From positions 999 through 64,998 of IMG/VR virus record IMGVR_UViG_3300042691_038096: a stretch of DNA of 64,000 bases, one strand, 5' to 3'. The DNA comes from a virus (Duplodnaviria; Caudoviricetes). The notes under the pieces are model-generated. The model was not told where the DNA came from, did no database searches, and saw nothing but the letters and a program-made list of their open reading frames with translations. The translations under genes and the position numbers were made by a program. Below, one piece after another: positions 48,012 to 57,438 of the stretch. Position 1 is the first letter of the stretch. The number at the start of each line of letters is the position of its first letter.

Positions 48012-48790
48012 TAAATGTTATAACTATATTAAAAAAGGTATGGGATTTTATAACGGATCCTAAAAACACACGTCTCTTGTTATTTGCAGGAATTGCAATT
48101 CTTATTATTTTATTATTAAGACAATGCGAAGCAACTAAAGAAGCAAAGAATGAAATCACCAGAATTGAAAATAATTACCTAGCAGAAAAAGATACTGTTA
48201 GAAATTATAAAGATAAGTGGGGTAATTCTGTTGCTGATGTTAGAGCATTAACATTAACTCTTGATGAGGCTAGGAAGGAATTAGAGTTTGAAAAAAGTAA
48301 ACCACCAGTAACTGTTATTAAGTGGAAGACTAAGATAGAAGAGAGAATCGTTAATGTACCGGTTGTAGTTAAAGATACTGTGCTAGGTGAATTTAATTCT
48401 ATAGCCACAGTTTCATCAACTGCAAATTGGGGAAAGAGCTCACGATCAATTAATGTTGGTCTTCCTTATAAAGCAGAAGGTGATTCTCTAAAGTTTGGAA
48501 ATGCAACAATAGATCTTAAACAAAATATTTGGTTAACTGCTTCAATTGTAAGAGATAAGAAAACTAAAGAAGTTTTTGTAAATCTTGCAACGGATTATCC
48601 TGGAACTACTTTTAATGAAGCAAAAGGAATCGTAATAGATCCTAAGTCACCAGGAATGCTAGATATTAAATATAGCAGTAGAAAAACGGTAGGCATCGGT
48701 TTACATTTAGGTTACGGAATCGGTGTATCTGGGTTTTCACCATACGTTGGGATAGGGCTAAACTATACTCCTAAATTCCTTCAGTGGTAA
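48008..48790 (+). CDS. TM-anchored coiled-coil protein with C-terminal amphipathic beta-hairpin (spanin-like candidate)
   Basis: N-terminal TM, coiled coil, C-terminal GIGLHLGYG...PYVGIGLNY...W. Confidence 0.6.
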   Translation: MINVITILKKVWDFITDPKNTRLLLFAGIAILIILLLRQCEATKEAKNEITRIENNYLAEKDTVRNYKDKWGNSVADVRALTLTLDEARKELEFEKSKPPVTVIKWKTKIEERIVNVPVVVKDTVLGEFNSIATVSSTANWGKSSRSINVGLPYKAEGDSLKFGNATIDLKQNIWLTASIVRDKKTKEVFVNLATDYPGTTFNEAKGIVIDPKSPGMLDIKYSSRKTVGIGLHLGYGIGVSGFSPYVGIGLNYTPKFLQW

Positions 48791-48803
48791 ATAAATAGAA
48801 CAA

Positions 48804-50159
48804 ATGGAATCATCTAAGTTTATACAATTATCTGATAGTATCCTTGTTGAGTATGTATATACCGACCAGGCAAATCCTACTACTTTTAATACGGCTACTT
48901 ATCCTATTGAGATAATGAGGGATGGGTATACAGGTGGTTCATACTTTTTTAATACTGACACGGTTGCCGCTACTATGGGTAACTATAGAGACATATCTGC
49001 CGTTCCTATTAATGCTGCAAAGAACCAGTATGTTTATCTTGATACAAGTATAGGAGTTCCCTATAATGATTATGATCCGGAATTAACTCCTACATCTCAG
49101 CTTTTACAAACTTTTTCTCCTAACTTAAATGTTCAGTATGATAGAGTAAGAGTTCATTTTGTAGCAGGTTTTTCATTTGAAGGATTTGACGGTATCATAT
49201 TTGATGTAGCTACCCAGAACAGAAATGGTAAGGATATTGTATTATCATCAATAAATTTTCTCAAGACGGATACTCCGGTATTTAATCCAGATCCTCTTTT
49301 AATTGCAGATAAGCTGTATTCAACTTATATTGAATGGAGAGTACCTTCTCTTTATTATATGAGTGATACTTTTAATCCTAATGTACCTAATGGGTTAGGA
49401 TATAAATTAACCGAAGGTGTTGGTTTTGTAACTAGTCCAACTATTACAATAAGGGCTCTAGGTATTCTTACCACGCAAACGGTTAATGCATATAGCTTTT
49501 ATGAAATAAAAGAGATCAATGCATACACTATACTTAATAGAGACATATATGACTATCTTTATGCAAGTGTAGTTGAATCCGCAGTTGGTGATTACTTTGA
49601 ATTAACCGGCTTAGTAACAGGATCTAGTCTTTCTAATCTTATTGCTGAACTTAATTCAGCCGGTGGAAACTATGTAGTATTTCATGAGATTACGCTAAGC
49701 GAGCAAATCGGAAATACTTATATACAGACAGGAAATCAAATCGTTTCTCAAACCACAGATTTTGATGATCCTATTCTTTATAGACCAATTGTTCTTAATA
49801 GTGGTATAGCAGTATCATTTGCTATAAACTATGTATTAAGACTTTATAATAGAGCAGACAATTCGCAGATCATTAAAAATGCAAGGCTCACTTCATTTGA
49901 TGTTAAAAAGTACGGAAGAAGATTAATGAAAATAAATCTAGGTACTGTTCCTACCGTTGCAAATGTAGTTAATCAAATTGCACCAGATGACGGAAGAAAC
50001 ATAATCGTTTCTACTGGTACATCAGGTAATCGAGCAAATACCACAGAGCAGATAACAGAGAAACTTGTAGTAAAAACAAAATACGTTACTACTTTTAGAG
50101 ATAGAGTAAATATTAAGGCTGCTATATCACCTGCAAAAATACAAAACATTACTGAATAA
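48804..50159 (+). CDS. virion structural protein
   Basis: Late motif at 48790; beta-rich. Confidence 0.55.
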   Translation: MESSKFIQLSDSILVEYVYTDQANPTTFNTATYPIEIMRDGYTGGSYFFNTDTVAATMGNYRDISAVPINAAKNQYVYLDTSIGVPYNDYDPELTPTSQLLQTFSPNLNVQYDRVRVHFVAGFSFEGFDGIIFDVATQNRNGKDIVLSSINFLKTDTPVFNPDPLLIADKLYSTYIEWRVPSLYYMSDTFNPNVPNGLGYKLTEGVGFVTSPTITIRALGILTTQTVNAYSFYEIKEINAYTILNRDIYDYLYASVVESAVGDYFELTGLVTGSSLSNLIAELNSAGGNYVVFHEITLSEQIGNTYIQTGNQIVSQTTDFDDPILYRPIVLNSGIAVSFAINYVLRLYNRADNSQIIKNARLTSFDVKKYGRRLMKINLGTVPTVANVVNQIAPDDGRNIIVSTGTSGNRANTTEQITEKLVVKTKYVTTFRDRVNIKAAISPAKIQNITE

Positions 50160-50160
50160 G

Positions 50161-51087
50161 ATGGCAATTGATACCGAAATACCATTATCAGAAAAGGAAA
50201 CTAAAGTTTATAAAAGATTCTTAAATCTTTCGGTAAACGAGGAACCTAAACCACAAGGTGAAGGTACTATTAGGGTGTCCCCTTTCGATGACTACTTTAT
50301 CTTTACTATATATGATGAAGTGGACGGAACCAATACACCTATTGATTTGAGTAATGTTGGAACCATATACATGGTATTCATTGGAGAAAACGATGAGATA
50401 AGAATTCCTAATTATACCAATGTTGAAAATGTTGATATGTCAACAGGCCAGGTTCTTTTTAGAATTGATAGCGATGCTGCAAAAAAGATACTTGCATTAG
50501 ATAACAGAAACTTTTACATATCTACAATGATGACTGACCCTAGTGGTCAATCTGACGAATCTGTTTTATACACAGGTACCTTTCTTTCGTTTAGCGAAGA
50601 ACCTAAAGTATCACTAAGTGCTCAATTAGAAGAAGCAAGACTTCAATACTCTAGGGAGATTGCAGCTCTACAAGAACAGGTTGAAAAACAGAATGCTGAT
50701 TTAAGAGCAAAAGAACAATTAATAAATGAGCAAACGGTTGTGATTAATTCTTTAAAAGAAAGTAATCAAAATCTATCAAATGAAGTTGCAATACTAAGTG
50801 AGCAATTATCTTCATCAAGGGCTGAAGAATTATTAGCGGAAGCTAAAGCTGCACAGGCTGCAGAAGAATTGGCTAAATTAAATAGACAACAGCAGAATGC
50901 AAAAGCATCAGGTATTTCAGGTATTGCTCCGGCTGAGGGTACTGATGGTATTAGAAAAACATTCTTTACTCAGGCTGCTGAACAACTAAGAAAAAATATA
51001 CCGGGTGTTAATCAGGTAACTTTTTTTAGCGGTACTAGTGGATTACGTGGTGTAGGTGGTGAAAACGGAATAACTAATGCATTATAA
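50161..51087 (+). CDS. structural protein (BppU-like N-domain plus coiled coil)
   Basis: PIDLSN...GQVLFRID...LYTGTF, then a long coiled coil. Confidence 0.55.
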   Translation: MAIDTEIPLSEKETKVYKRFLNLSVNEEPKPQGEGTIRVSPFDDYFIFTIYDEVDGTNTPIDLSNVGTIYMVFIGENDEIRIPNYTNVENVDMSTGQVLFRIDSDAAKKILALDNRNFYISTMMTDPSGQSDESVLYTGTFLSFSEEPKVSLSAQLEEARLQYSREIAALQEQVEKQNADLRAKEQLINEQTVVINSLKESNQNLSNEVAILSEQLSSSRAEELLAEAKAAQAAEELAKLNRQQQNAKASGISGIAPAEGTDGIRKTFFTQAAEQLRKNIPGVNQVTFFSGTSGLRGVGGENGITNAL

Positions 51088-51090
51088 GAT

Positions 51091-51645
51091 ATGATACTTA
51101 GCGCAAGAAATAATCAATTTAGATTTTCATTTCCTAGAAATTTTATTCCACCCGAGGTTGCAGATAAGTACAGACCTTATTTTAATCGCATGCCTGGTGG
51201 TATCATTAAGGAACCTATTGACTATTGGAATTATGGTATTCAATCCATAAATTTACCAGGGCCTTCATATAGTCCGACGGAACAACAAAACTATCCAGGT
51301 TATACCCGAGGTTATAGATCAAGTTTACCTGAACAAGAATTATATGATAGCGAGTTTAAAGTAACTATGCAGGCATTTGATGGTTGGATTAATTATTGGA
51401 TGGCTATTGATACATTTAACTATTACTATCGACTTCCTGGTAAATATTCGCATGTCCCTGAAGGAAATGGTATACAGATTCTAGATGGCGAAGGAAACAT
51501 TCTTGTTACTGTGTCTCTCAGACAAATGGTATGGATAAGTATCAGCGACCTGGATCTTAACTTTTCAAGTAATACAATTGAGTTTCAAACATTTGACTTA
51601 GTATTCCACCATAACTTTATAGACTTTAAAGTAAATCTGGTCTAA
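51091..51645 (+). CDS. tail tube terminator / tube-fold protein (T4 gp3-like)
   Basis: IQSINLPG...NYW...ILDGEG...ISDLDLNF. Confidence 0.65.
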   Translation: MILSARNNQFRFSFPRNFIPPEVADKYRPYFNRMPGGIIKEPIDYWNYGIQSINLPGPSYSPTEQQNYPGYTRGYRSSLPEQELYDSEFKVTMQAFDGWINYWMAIDTFNYYYRLPGKYSHVPEGNGIQILDGEGNILVTVSLRQMVWISISDLDLNFSSNTIEFQTFDLVFHHNFIDFKVNLV

Positions 51646-51669
51646 AATATATAATAAAATAAAGAACGC

Positions 51670-52023
51670 ATGAAAACCTTTAAAGACTTTCTTACTGAGA
51701 ATCAAAATGATTCTATTGATATAAATACTCTTCTTAATGAATCTGAGTTGACAGAAGAACAGCAGATGGCTGTTGATAATGCAGTTCAGAGAATTTTAGA
51801 TGCTCATGCAGGTGGAAAAAATCTTGATGTTATAGTTGAAGAAATTGTCAATGAAGGAATACTAGGATCAATATTTGGAGGCTTAACCGGTTTTGCTTTA
51901 GGAAAAAGTATTGGTGAAGCCATTGCAAAAGTATTAGGAATTGAAAAGGGTGCTCTTTATGATTTATTAACCAGTCGATTAGTCGGTGCTGCTCTTGGTG
52001 CAGTATTAGGTAAGAGGCTCTAA
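51670..52023 (+). CDS. putative internal head protein with glycine-zipper membrane segment
   Basis: MKTFKDFLTE N-terminus; GILGSIFGGLTGFALG...GAALGAVLG. Confidence 0.75.
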   Translation: MKTFKDFLTENQNDSIDINTLLNESELTEEQQMAVDNAVQRILDAHAGGKNLDVIVEEIVNEGILGSIFGGLTGFALGKSIGEAIAKVLGIEKGALYDLLTSRLVGAALGAVLGKRL

Positions 52024-52033
52024 TTTTACTTTT

Positions 52034-52690
52034 GTGATAAGAATAGGAATTGACTTTTCGTTAAACAGCCCAGCTGTTTGTGTAAAAAATATCAAAGGTG
52101 AGTATACCTTTATTTCATTTTTTAATTTTGGTAATAGAATATGGGACGATGTAAAGAAAATGCCAAAGGCATTTGAAGTTCATCAAGATCTAATTGAATC
52201 TAAAACGATTTTAGGATTTCCTTACTTTCGTAATTTAGAAGCAGATACTTTTTTGGTTAGGGAAAGAGAAAAGCTAGAAGACTGTCGTTCAATATCTAAC
52301 TTAATTACAAATTCTTTGGTAACATTTTTTGGAGCGACTAATGTACATGTATCGCTGGAAGGATTCTCTTATGGATCTACTGGAAATTCATTTATTGACA
52401 TTGTGCAGTATAATTCATTCTTAAGATCTGCTTTACTTGAAATATATGGATCAGAAAAGATCTCAATCTTTCAACCATCACATGTTAAGAAGTTGGCAGG
52501 AAAAGGAAATGCAAACAAACACTTTATGATTAAAGCATTTCAGGACGATGTTCTAAATGATGAAGATCTAAGGAAAACAAAATTGTGGAAATATGTACAA
52601 GGTAAAGACTTTAGTGAAAAGATCCCAAAACCATTAGATGACCTTGTAGATTCATACTTTATACTTAAATCTCAAACCACTAACCATTAA
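52034..52690 (+). CDS. ruvC: RuvC-like Holliday junction resolvase
   Basis: IGIDFS, LEGFSYGS, PSHVKK..GKGNANK, DDLVDS catalytic motifs. Confidence 0.85.
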   Translation: MIRIGIDFSLNSPAVCVKNIKGEYTFISFFNFGNRIWDDVKKMPKAFEVHQDLIESKTILGFPYFRNLEADTFLVREREKLEDCRSISNLITNSLVTFFGATNVHVSLEGFSYGSTGNSFIDIVQYNSFLRSALLEIYGSEKISIFQPSHVKKLAGKGNANKHFMIKAFQDDVLNDEDLRKTKLWKYVQGKDFSEKIPKPLDDLVDSYFILKSQTTNH

Positions 52691-52719
52691 ATACTATTCT
52701 TTCAATCAATCAGTTAAAT

Positions 52720-52747
52720 TTTATATATAGAGTTTTAAACTTGGTTT
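52720..52747 (-). promoter_or_regulatory. minus-strand AAAC-N18-TATAAA promoter pointing antisense into ruvC
   Basis: Reverse complement CTGAAAC-caagtttaaaactctata-TATAAA matches the gp32 promoter CTGAAAC-N18-TATAAA. Confidence 0.55.
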
Positions 52748-52756
52748 CAGATTTTT

Positions 52757-53044
52757 ATGATAAACGCGATAAAAAATAGAATTTTTGTTAAAAAAGATGA
52801 GTATCCTGAAAAAATTGGACTTATCTATGTACCTAAACTGGAAGGGCAGCATGCTCCGCCGTATACTGGAACCATCATATCAGTAGGACCTGATATTATT
52901 GATGAAGATATTAAAGTAGGCCATCGTGTTCTTTTTCATGATCTGGCTGGTACTGAATTTATGTTTAATGATGATAAGATATTTAGTATTAGAGACGTTG
53001 ATGTCATTGGTATAATTACTGATGAAAATTACAATATAGTCTGA
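52757..53044 (+). CDS. groES: GroES-family co-chaperonin
   Basis: NRIFVK, GLIYVP, GTIISVGP, IKVGHRVLF, DVIGII. Confidence 0.88.
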   Translation: MINAIKNRIFVKKDEYPEKIGLIYVPKLEGQHAPPYTGTIISVGPDIIDEDIKVGHRVLFHDLAGTEFMFNDDKIFSIRDVDVIGIITDENYNIV

Positions 53045-53071
53045 AACTAAGTACCGTTGTGAATATATAAA
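53044..53071 (+). promoter_or_regulatory. putative middle promoter of gp32
   Basis: AAAC-N18-TATAAA. Confidence 0.65.
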
Positions 53072-53106
53072 TAACAAAGGAACTAATTTATTAGGACCTT
53101 TTAACT

Positions 53107-53221
53107 GGCAATAACAAGGCAAAGTTTTTATTGGCAATCCCGGGCACGTAAATAGGCAATGCTAAGTTATGCTTTTAACTAAATTAAAAACAAAACTTAA
53201 AAAAAGGCAACTAAAATGGCA
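53107..53221 (+). repeat. array of seven GGCA motifs in the gp32 5' leader
   Basis: GGCA at 53107, 53118, 53133, 53143, 53155, 53206 and 53218 in A/T-rich sequence. Confidence 0.6.
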
Positions 53222-54136
53222 AATGAATTCGACATTTTCAGTGTGAGTGTTAATGACCTCGACACAGGAGATCGCCCTTCAGGCGGAGGCAGCGATCTTT
53301 ACTCCCCAAAGCCCGATCAAGGGCAAGACGGTACATACCGTTCTCTACTTAGGTTCTTACCTAATATTAAAAATCCCCGCAAACCTTTCGTCCGTAAATT
53401 CGTTTATTGGTTAGAAGATCGTGATGGTAATGGCTTTTATGCTGACTCACCTTCTACCGTCGGCGAGAAGTGTCCGGTACAAGACTTGTTCTTTAAACTC
53501 CGTAATTCAGAATCGGCAGTAGACAAGAAAATGTCTGAGAGCCTAAAGCGTAGGGAAGTATTCTATGCATTGGTTCAAATCGTTAAAGATCCACAAAATC
53601 GTGATCTTGAAGGTCAAATCAAAGTATTCAAATTTGGATATAAGATTAAGGCTAAAATTGATGAGGAATTGAATCCTCAGTTTGATGAACCAACTCAAGT
53701 ATTCGATCCTTTTGAAGGCAAGAACTTTGAATTAGTTCTTTCTAAGAAAGGTGGTTATCCTAACTATGATTCATGTAAATTCCAAGGATCTCGTTCTGCA
53801 ATGACTATCAATGGTGAAAATGTAACTGACACCAATGAAGGTCGTAAAATGATTTTGGATTATCTTAAGGATGCTCCTGATCTTGCTAACTTTGATTACA
53901 AACCTTGGAATGATGAACAGAGAAACAAGGTAATGAATATCATTTCCCAATATTCTTCTCCAGGTAGTTCAATTGAAACCTTAACTAGACCTGCTCCTAA
54001 AGCTGCTGCAAAACCTGCACCGGCTCCAAAGACACCTGTTATGGAAGATGAAGATAATGAAGTATTTGAATCCGAAGAAACTCCAAAACAATCAGGAGAT
54101 GACTTCGATGATTTCATTAACGGATTAGATCTTTAA
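53216..54136 (+). CDS. single-stranded DNA-binding protein (T4 gp32-like)
   Basis: LRFLP, STVGEKCPV, VFKFGYKI, FDPFEGKNF, YPNYDSCKF, acidic tail. Confidence 0.92.
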   Translation: MANEFDIFSVSVNDLDTGDRPSGGGSDLYSPKPDQGQDGTYRSLLRFLPNIKNPRKPFVRKFVYWLEDRDGNGFYADSPSTVGEKCPVQDLFFKLRNSESAVDKKMSESLKRREVFYALVQIVKDPQNRDLEGQIKVFKFGYKIKAKIDEELNPQFDEPTQVFDPFEGKNFELVLSKKGGYPNYDSCKFQGSRSAMTINGENVTDTNEGRKMILDYLKDAPDLANFDYKPWNDEQRNKVMNIISQYSSPGSSIETLTRPAPKAAAKPAPAPKTPVMEDEDNEVFESEETPKQSGDDFDDFINGLDL

Positions 54137-54140
54137 TCTA

Positions 54141-55211
54141 ATGGCAACAGAAGTTATGATATCTTCTGAGATGAAGACTCGGATTATCGATAAGGTAGTC
54201 CGAGTCCTTCATCATAGCCATTCTCATCCTGAAAAAAGAAGAATACTTGAAGGAAGAGATCGCTTAAACTTTGCATGTCCTTACTGTGGCGATTCTTCAA
54301 CTAGTACAAATAAGAAACGAGGTAACCTTTATTGGAATGATCTTTATGTACATTGTTATAATTGTTCCGCTCACGTTTCTTTAGATACTTTTCTTAAAGA
54401 CTTTAATTCAAATTTTGAAGGAGAGGATAGAGTAGAAGTATTAAATTACATTAAAGAAAATAAGAGATCCTTTTCATTAGGTGAATCTCTTGATTTTTAT
54501 CTTTTTGATAAGATAAAAGAATTGGCATTAACATTTGATGAATTAGCGGTTGGGTTTAACATCTATCCTATTAATTCATTAACATACCGAGCATATCCAT
54601 ATCTTAAGAGTAGGTTATTACAACATAAGACTAACCAATTTGGATATGATCCTCGTAAGAAAGAACTATTTGTTTTTAATCTTACACCCGATGGTAAAAT
54701 AGTAGGATTCCAAACAAGGGACCTTGAAGGTAAAGGTCCTAAATATAAAACATGGAACATTCAAAGAATTTATGATAGGTTAAAGAAACCTTTGAATGTA
54801 TCAGAAGAAGACATGGATAATCTTAATAAGATATCAATGTTATTCGGCATACTTACTGCTGATTTAAGTAGAGACTTTACAATTTTTGAAGGTCCTATTG
54901 ATGCTATGTTTATGACTAACTCCATAGGTCTAACTGGCGTTAAAAAACAAATACTAGAGTTTAATGAAATACCAACCGCAAGGTATTTCTTTGATAATGA
55001 TATTGAAGGAAAAACCAGAATGATTGAAAAACTTAAGTCTGGGCAAACCGTATTTATGTGGGATAAATTTTTGAAAGATTATTCAATTCCTGCAAAAAAG
55101 GTTAAAGACTTAAATGATCTTGTAAAATATGAATATGAAAATCGAACTGGGTGCTTAAAGAGCATTGATAGATATTTTACAAACAATCATTTAGATATTA
55201 TTTTTATATGA
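54141..55211 (+). CDS. DNA primase (T4 gp61-like)
   Basis: CPYCGDS...HCYNC zinc ribbon; FEGPIDAMF; FDND TOPRIM. Confidence 0.92.
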   Translation: MATEVMISSEMKTRIIDKVVRVLHHSHSHPEKRRILEGRDRLNFACPYCGDSSTSTNKKRGNLYWNDLYVHCYNCSAHVSLDTFLKDFNSNFEGEDRVEVLNYIKENKRSFSLGESLDFYLFDKIKELALTFDELAVGFNIYPINSLTYRAYPYLKSRLLQHKTNQFGYDPRKKELFVFNLTPDGKIVGFQTRDLEGKGPKYKTWNIQRIYDRLKKPLNVSEEDMDNLNKISMLFGILTADLSRDFTIFEGPIDAMFMTNSIGLTGVKKQILEFNEIPTARYFFDNDIEGKTRMIEKLKSGQTVFMWDKFLKDYSIPAKKVKDLNDLVKYEYENRTGCLKSIDRYFTNNHLDIIFI

Positions 55212-55429
55212 TTGAACTAAAAAAATACGAATCATTTGTGAACGAACAGATAGAAGACTTTTACGAAGATTATGAAGATAGCCAAAAGAGAATTAAGCTA
55301 TTTACATCGTTTACTAAAAGTAAACTATCTCATGATCAAAAAGAGATTAAAGTAGAACAACCTAAGAAAAGATTTCAACCTAAAATAAAGGTAGTAAAAC
55401 ATACTAATAACGATAAAGGAATATTCTAA
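55208..55429 (+). CDS. hypothetical protein
   Basis: ORF track; overlaps primase stop. Confidence 0.55.
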   Translation: MIELKKYESFVNEQIEDFYEDYEDSQKRIKLFTSFTKSKLSHDQKEIKVEQPKKRFQPKIKVVKHTNNDKGIF

Positions 55430-55875
55430 TGGCATTTGATGATACTCAAATAAAACAGGCAAACGAAGAACTTGAACTCAGGTTAACTACCGATAGAGTT
55501 GATTGGAAAAATAAAATAAATGAACTAGTTCTTAAAATCAAAAATATGAATGAATTGGCAGAATGCCAAGTTAATATGCTTTCATATAGACAGATCCTAT
55601 TGGATAAGGTTACTGATTTTAAGACAATGATATTTAAGAGAAATGCAACCTGGGAAAGATATTATAGATCCCAGTATCGTGAGTATACTTTAAATTATGA
55701 TGTTAAATTAACGAGCGGCGAAAAGCATCAGTTTATTAAAGCAGAATTAAGCTCACTAAAAATACAAATAGAAATGTTACAGTCTCATGTTGATTATTAC
55801 CAAGAGTGTATCAAGACATTAGATAACCTAGCATTTGCAATTCGTAATCGCATAAGACTCGATGATGAACAATAA
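55429..55875 (+). CDS. uvsY: recombination mediator UvsY-like
   Basis: Helical 148-aa protein, C-terminal FAIRNRI, adjacent to uvsW. Confidence 0.7.
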   Translation: MAFDDTQIKQANEELELRLTTDRVDWKNKINELVLKIKNMNELAECQVNMLSYRQILLDKVTDFKTMIFKRNATWERYYRSQYREYTLNYDVKLTSGEKHQFIKAELSSLKIQIEMLQSHVDYYQECIKTLDNLAFAIRNRIRLDDEQ

Positions 55876-57377
55876 TGGAACTATCACTATCAGATAATAA
55901 AAAGTTTTTAGTAATTGATTCATGTACCGAATTGGAATATGAACAACTAAAAAGTAGTCTTACTAAAAAGATTGATGGGTGGCGTTTCCATCCACTTGTA
56001 AAGAAAAAGGTTTGGGACGGAAATATATCCTTCATTAAAAAGAATAAGATTCCTGGCGGCCTTTGGAAAGAGGTCATTGATATTTGTAAAGAATACAATT
56101 TGCCTCTTACACTAAATGGAGTTACAAACATTTTTGATCAGGAAATTACCATTGAGTCATTTACTAATTGGGCAAATGATTTCTTTAAAGATTCTGATAT
56201 TAAACCTAGAGACTATCAAATAGATGCAGCCTTTAAGATCTTAAGATATAGAAGGTGCTTAGCTGAATTGGCTACATCTGCTGGTAAGACCTTAATATCA
56301 TTCATGGTTGTTGCCTATATGATGGAACAACTTGGTAAGAAAAAGATACTTATGATTGTTCCTAACGTCAGCTTGGTTGTACAGGCAACTGGCGATTTTG
56401 ATCAATATAATAAAAGTAGAGTTCCTATTAGAATCCAACAAATTTATGCAGGGGTTAAACTTAGAAAAAGTTCAAACATTGTTATAGGAACATATCAATC
56501 TCTTGTTAAATATGAGGAAGAATACTTCTCTCAATTTGATGCAGTATTTGTAGATGAAACACATAAGGCTAAAGCTACATCAATTCAAAAGATTATGGAT
56601 ATGTGTTGGCATTGTGACTACCGATTTGGATTAAGTGGAACAATTCCTAAAAGAGGAACTGTTGATCGTTTAAGTTTAATGTCAGCAATGGGTCCACTTG
56701 TAACTCAGGTTAAAGCTAATTACTTACAAGACGAAGGTCATATTGCAAAATGTAAAGTATTGCAGATCCTTATGGATTATGCAACAGATTCACAAAAAGA
56801 AGCATTCTCTGAACTATCAAAGAATCCGTATGATAGGCAAAAACTATTTTCTTTAGAACAGAACTTTATTAACGAAAACGATAAAAGACTAGATTTTATT
56901 TGTAATGTAATTAAAAAGTCAACATCTAATTCTCTAGTACTGTTTCATAAGATTGCATACGGTGAAAAGATATATCGTAAGTTAAGAGAAATTACAGATA
57001 AGAAGATCTATTATGTTGATGGTTCTGTTAATGCAGATATCAGAGAGGAGTTCAAATCAAGAATGGAGAAGAATGACGATGTTATAATTGTTGCTTCATA
57101 CGGTACATTTTCAACTGGTATATCAATTAAAAACATTCATAATATCTTTTTTACCGAATCTTTTAAGTCAGAAGTAATTATTAGACAATCAATTGGACGT
57201 GGTCTCCGTAAACATGCATCAAAGGATGTCGTTAAGATCTATGATTTTATTGATGACATTAGGTATAAAACAAACGATCACGATTGGATGAATTACATAT
57301 ACAGGCATGGTATGGAACGTAGAAAAATTTATAAAGAAGAAAAGTTCCCGTTTGATGTACAGACCATTAAATTCTGA
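55875..57377 (+). CDS. uvsW: SF2 DNA helicase UvsW
   Basis: WDG, PRDYQ, ATSAGKT, DETH, GLSGT, STGISIKN, QSIGRGLR. Confidence 0.95.
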   Translation: MELSLSDNKKFLVIDSCTELEYEQLKSSLTKKIDGWRFHPLVKKKVWDGNISFIKKNKIPGGLWKEVIDICKEYNLPLTLNGVTNIFDQEITIESFTNWANDFFKDSDIKPRDYQIDAAFKILRYRRCLAELATSAGKTLISFMVVAYMMEQLGKKKILMIVPNVSLVVQATGDFDQYNKSRVPIRIQQIYAGVKLRKSSNIVIGTYQSLVKYEEEYFSQFDAVFVDETHKAKATSIQKIMDMCWHCDYRFGLSGTIPKRGTVDRLSLMSAMGPLVTQVKANYLQDEGHIAKCKVLQILMDYATDSQKEAFSELSKNPYDRQKLFSLEQNFINENDKRLDFICNVIKKSTSNSLVLFHKIAYGEKIYRKLREITDKKIYYVDGSVNADIREEFKSRMEKNDDVIIVASYGTFSTGISIKNIHNIFFTESFKSEVIIRQSIGRGLRKHASKDVVKIYDFIDDIRYKTNDHDWMNYIYRHGMERRKIYKEEKFPFDVQTIKF

Positions 57378-57438
57378 TTGTAATATCTTTTCCTAAAGAC
57401 ATGGATATATAAAAAAAGAATAAAAAAATCAAATACAA

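Noticed and set aside
55208-55429. MIELKKYESFVNE as another capsid-targeting motif
   Set aside because: Similar pattern, but the gene lies inside the primase-uvsY operon with no late motif; not counted as support
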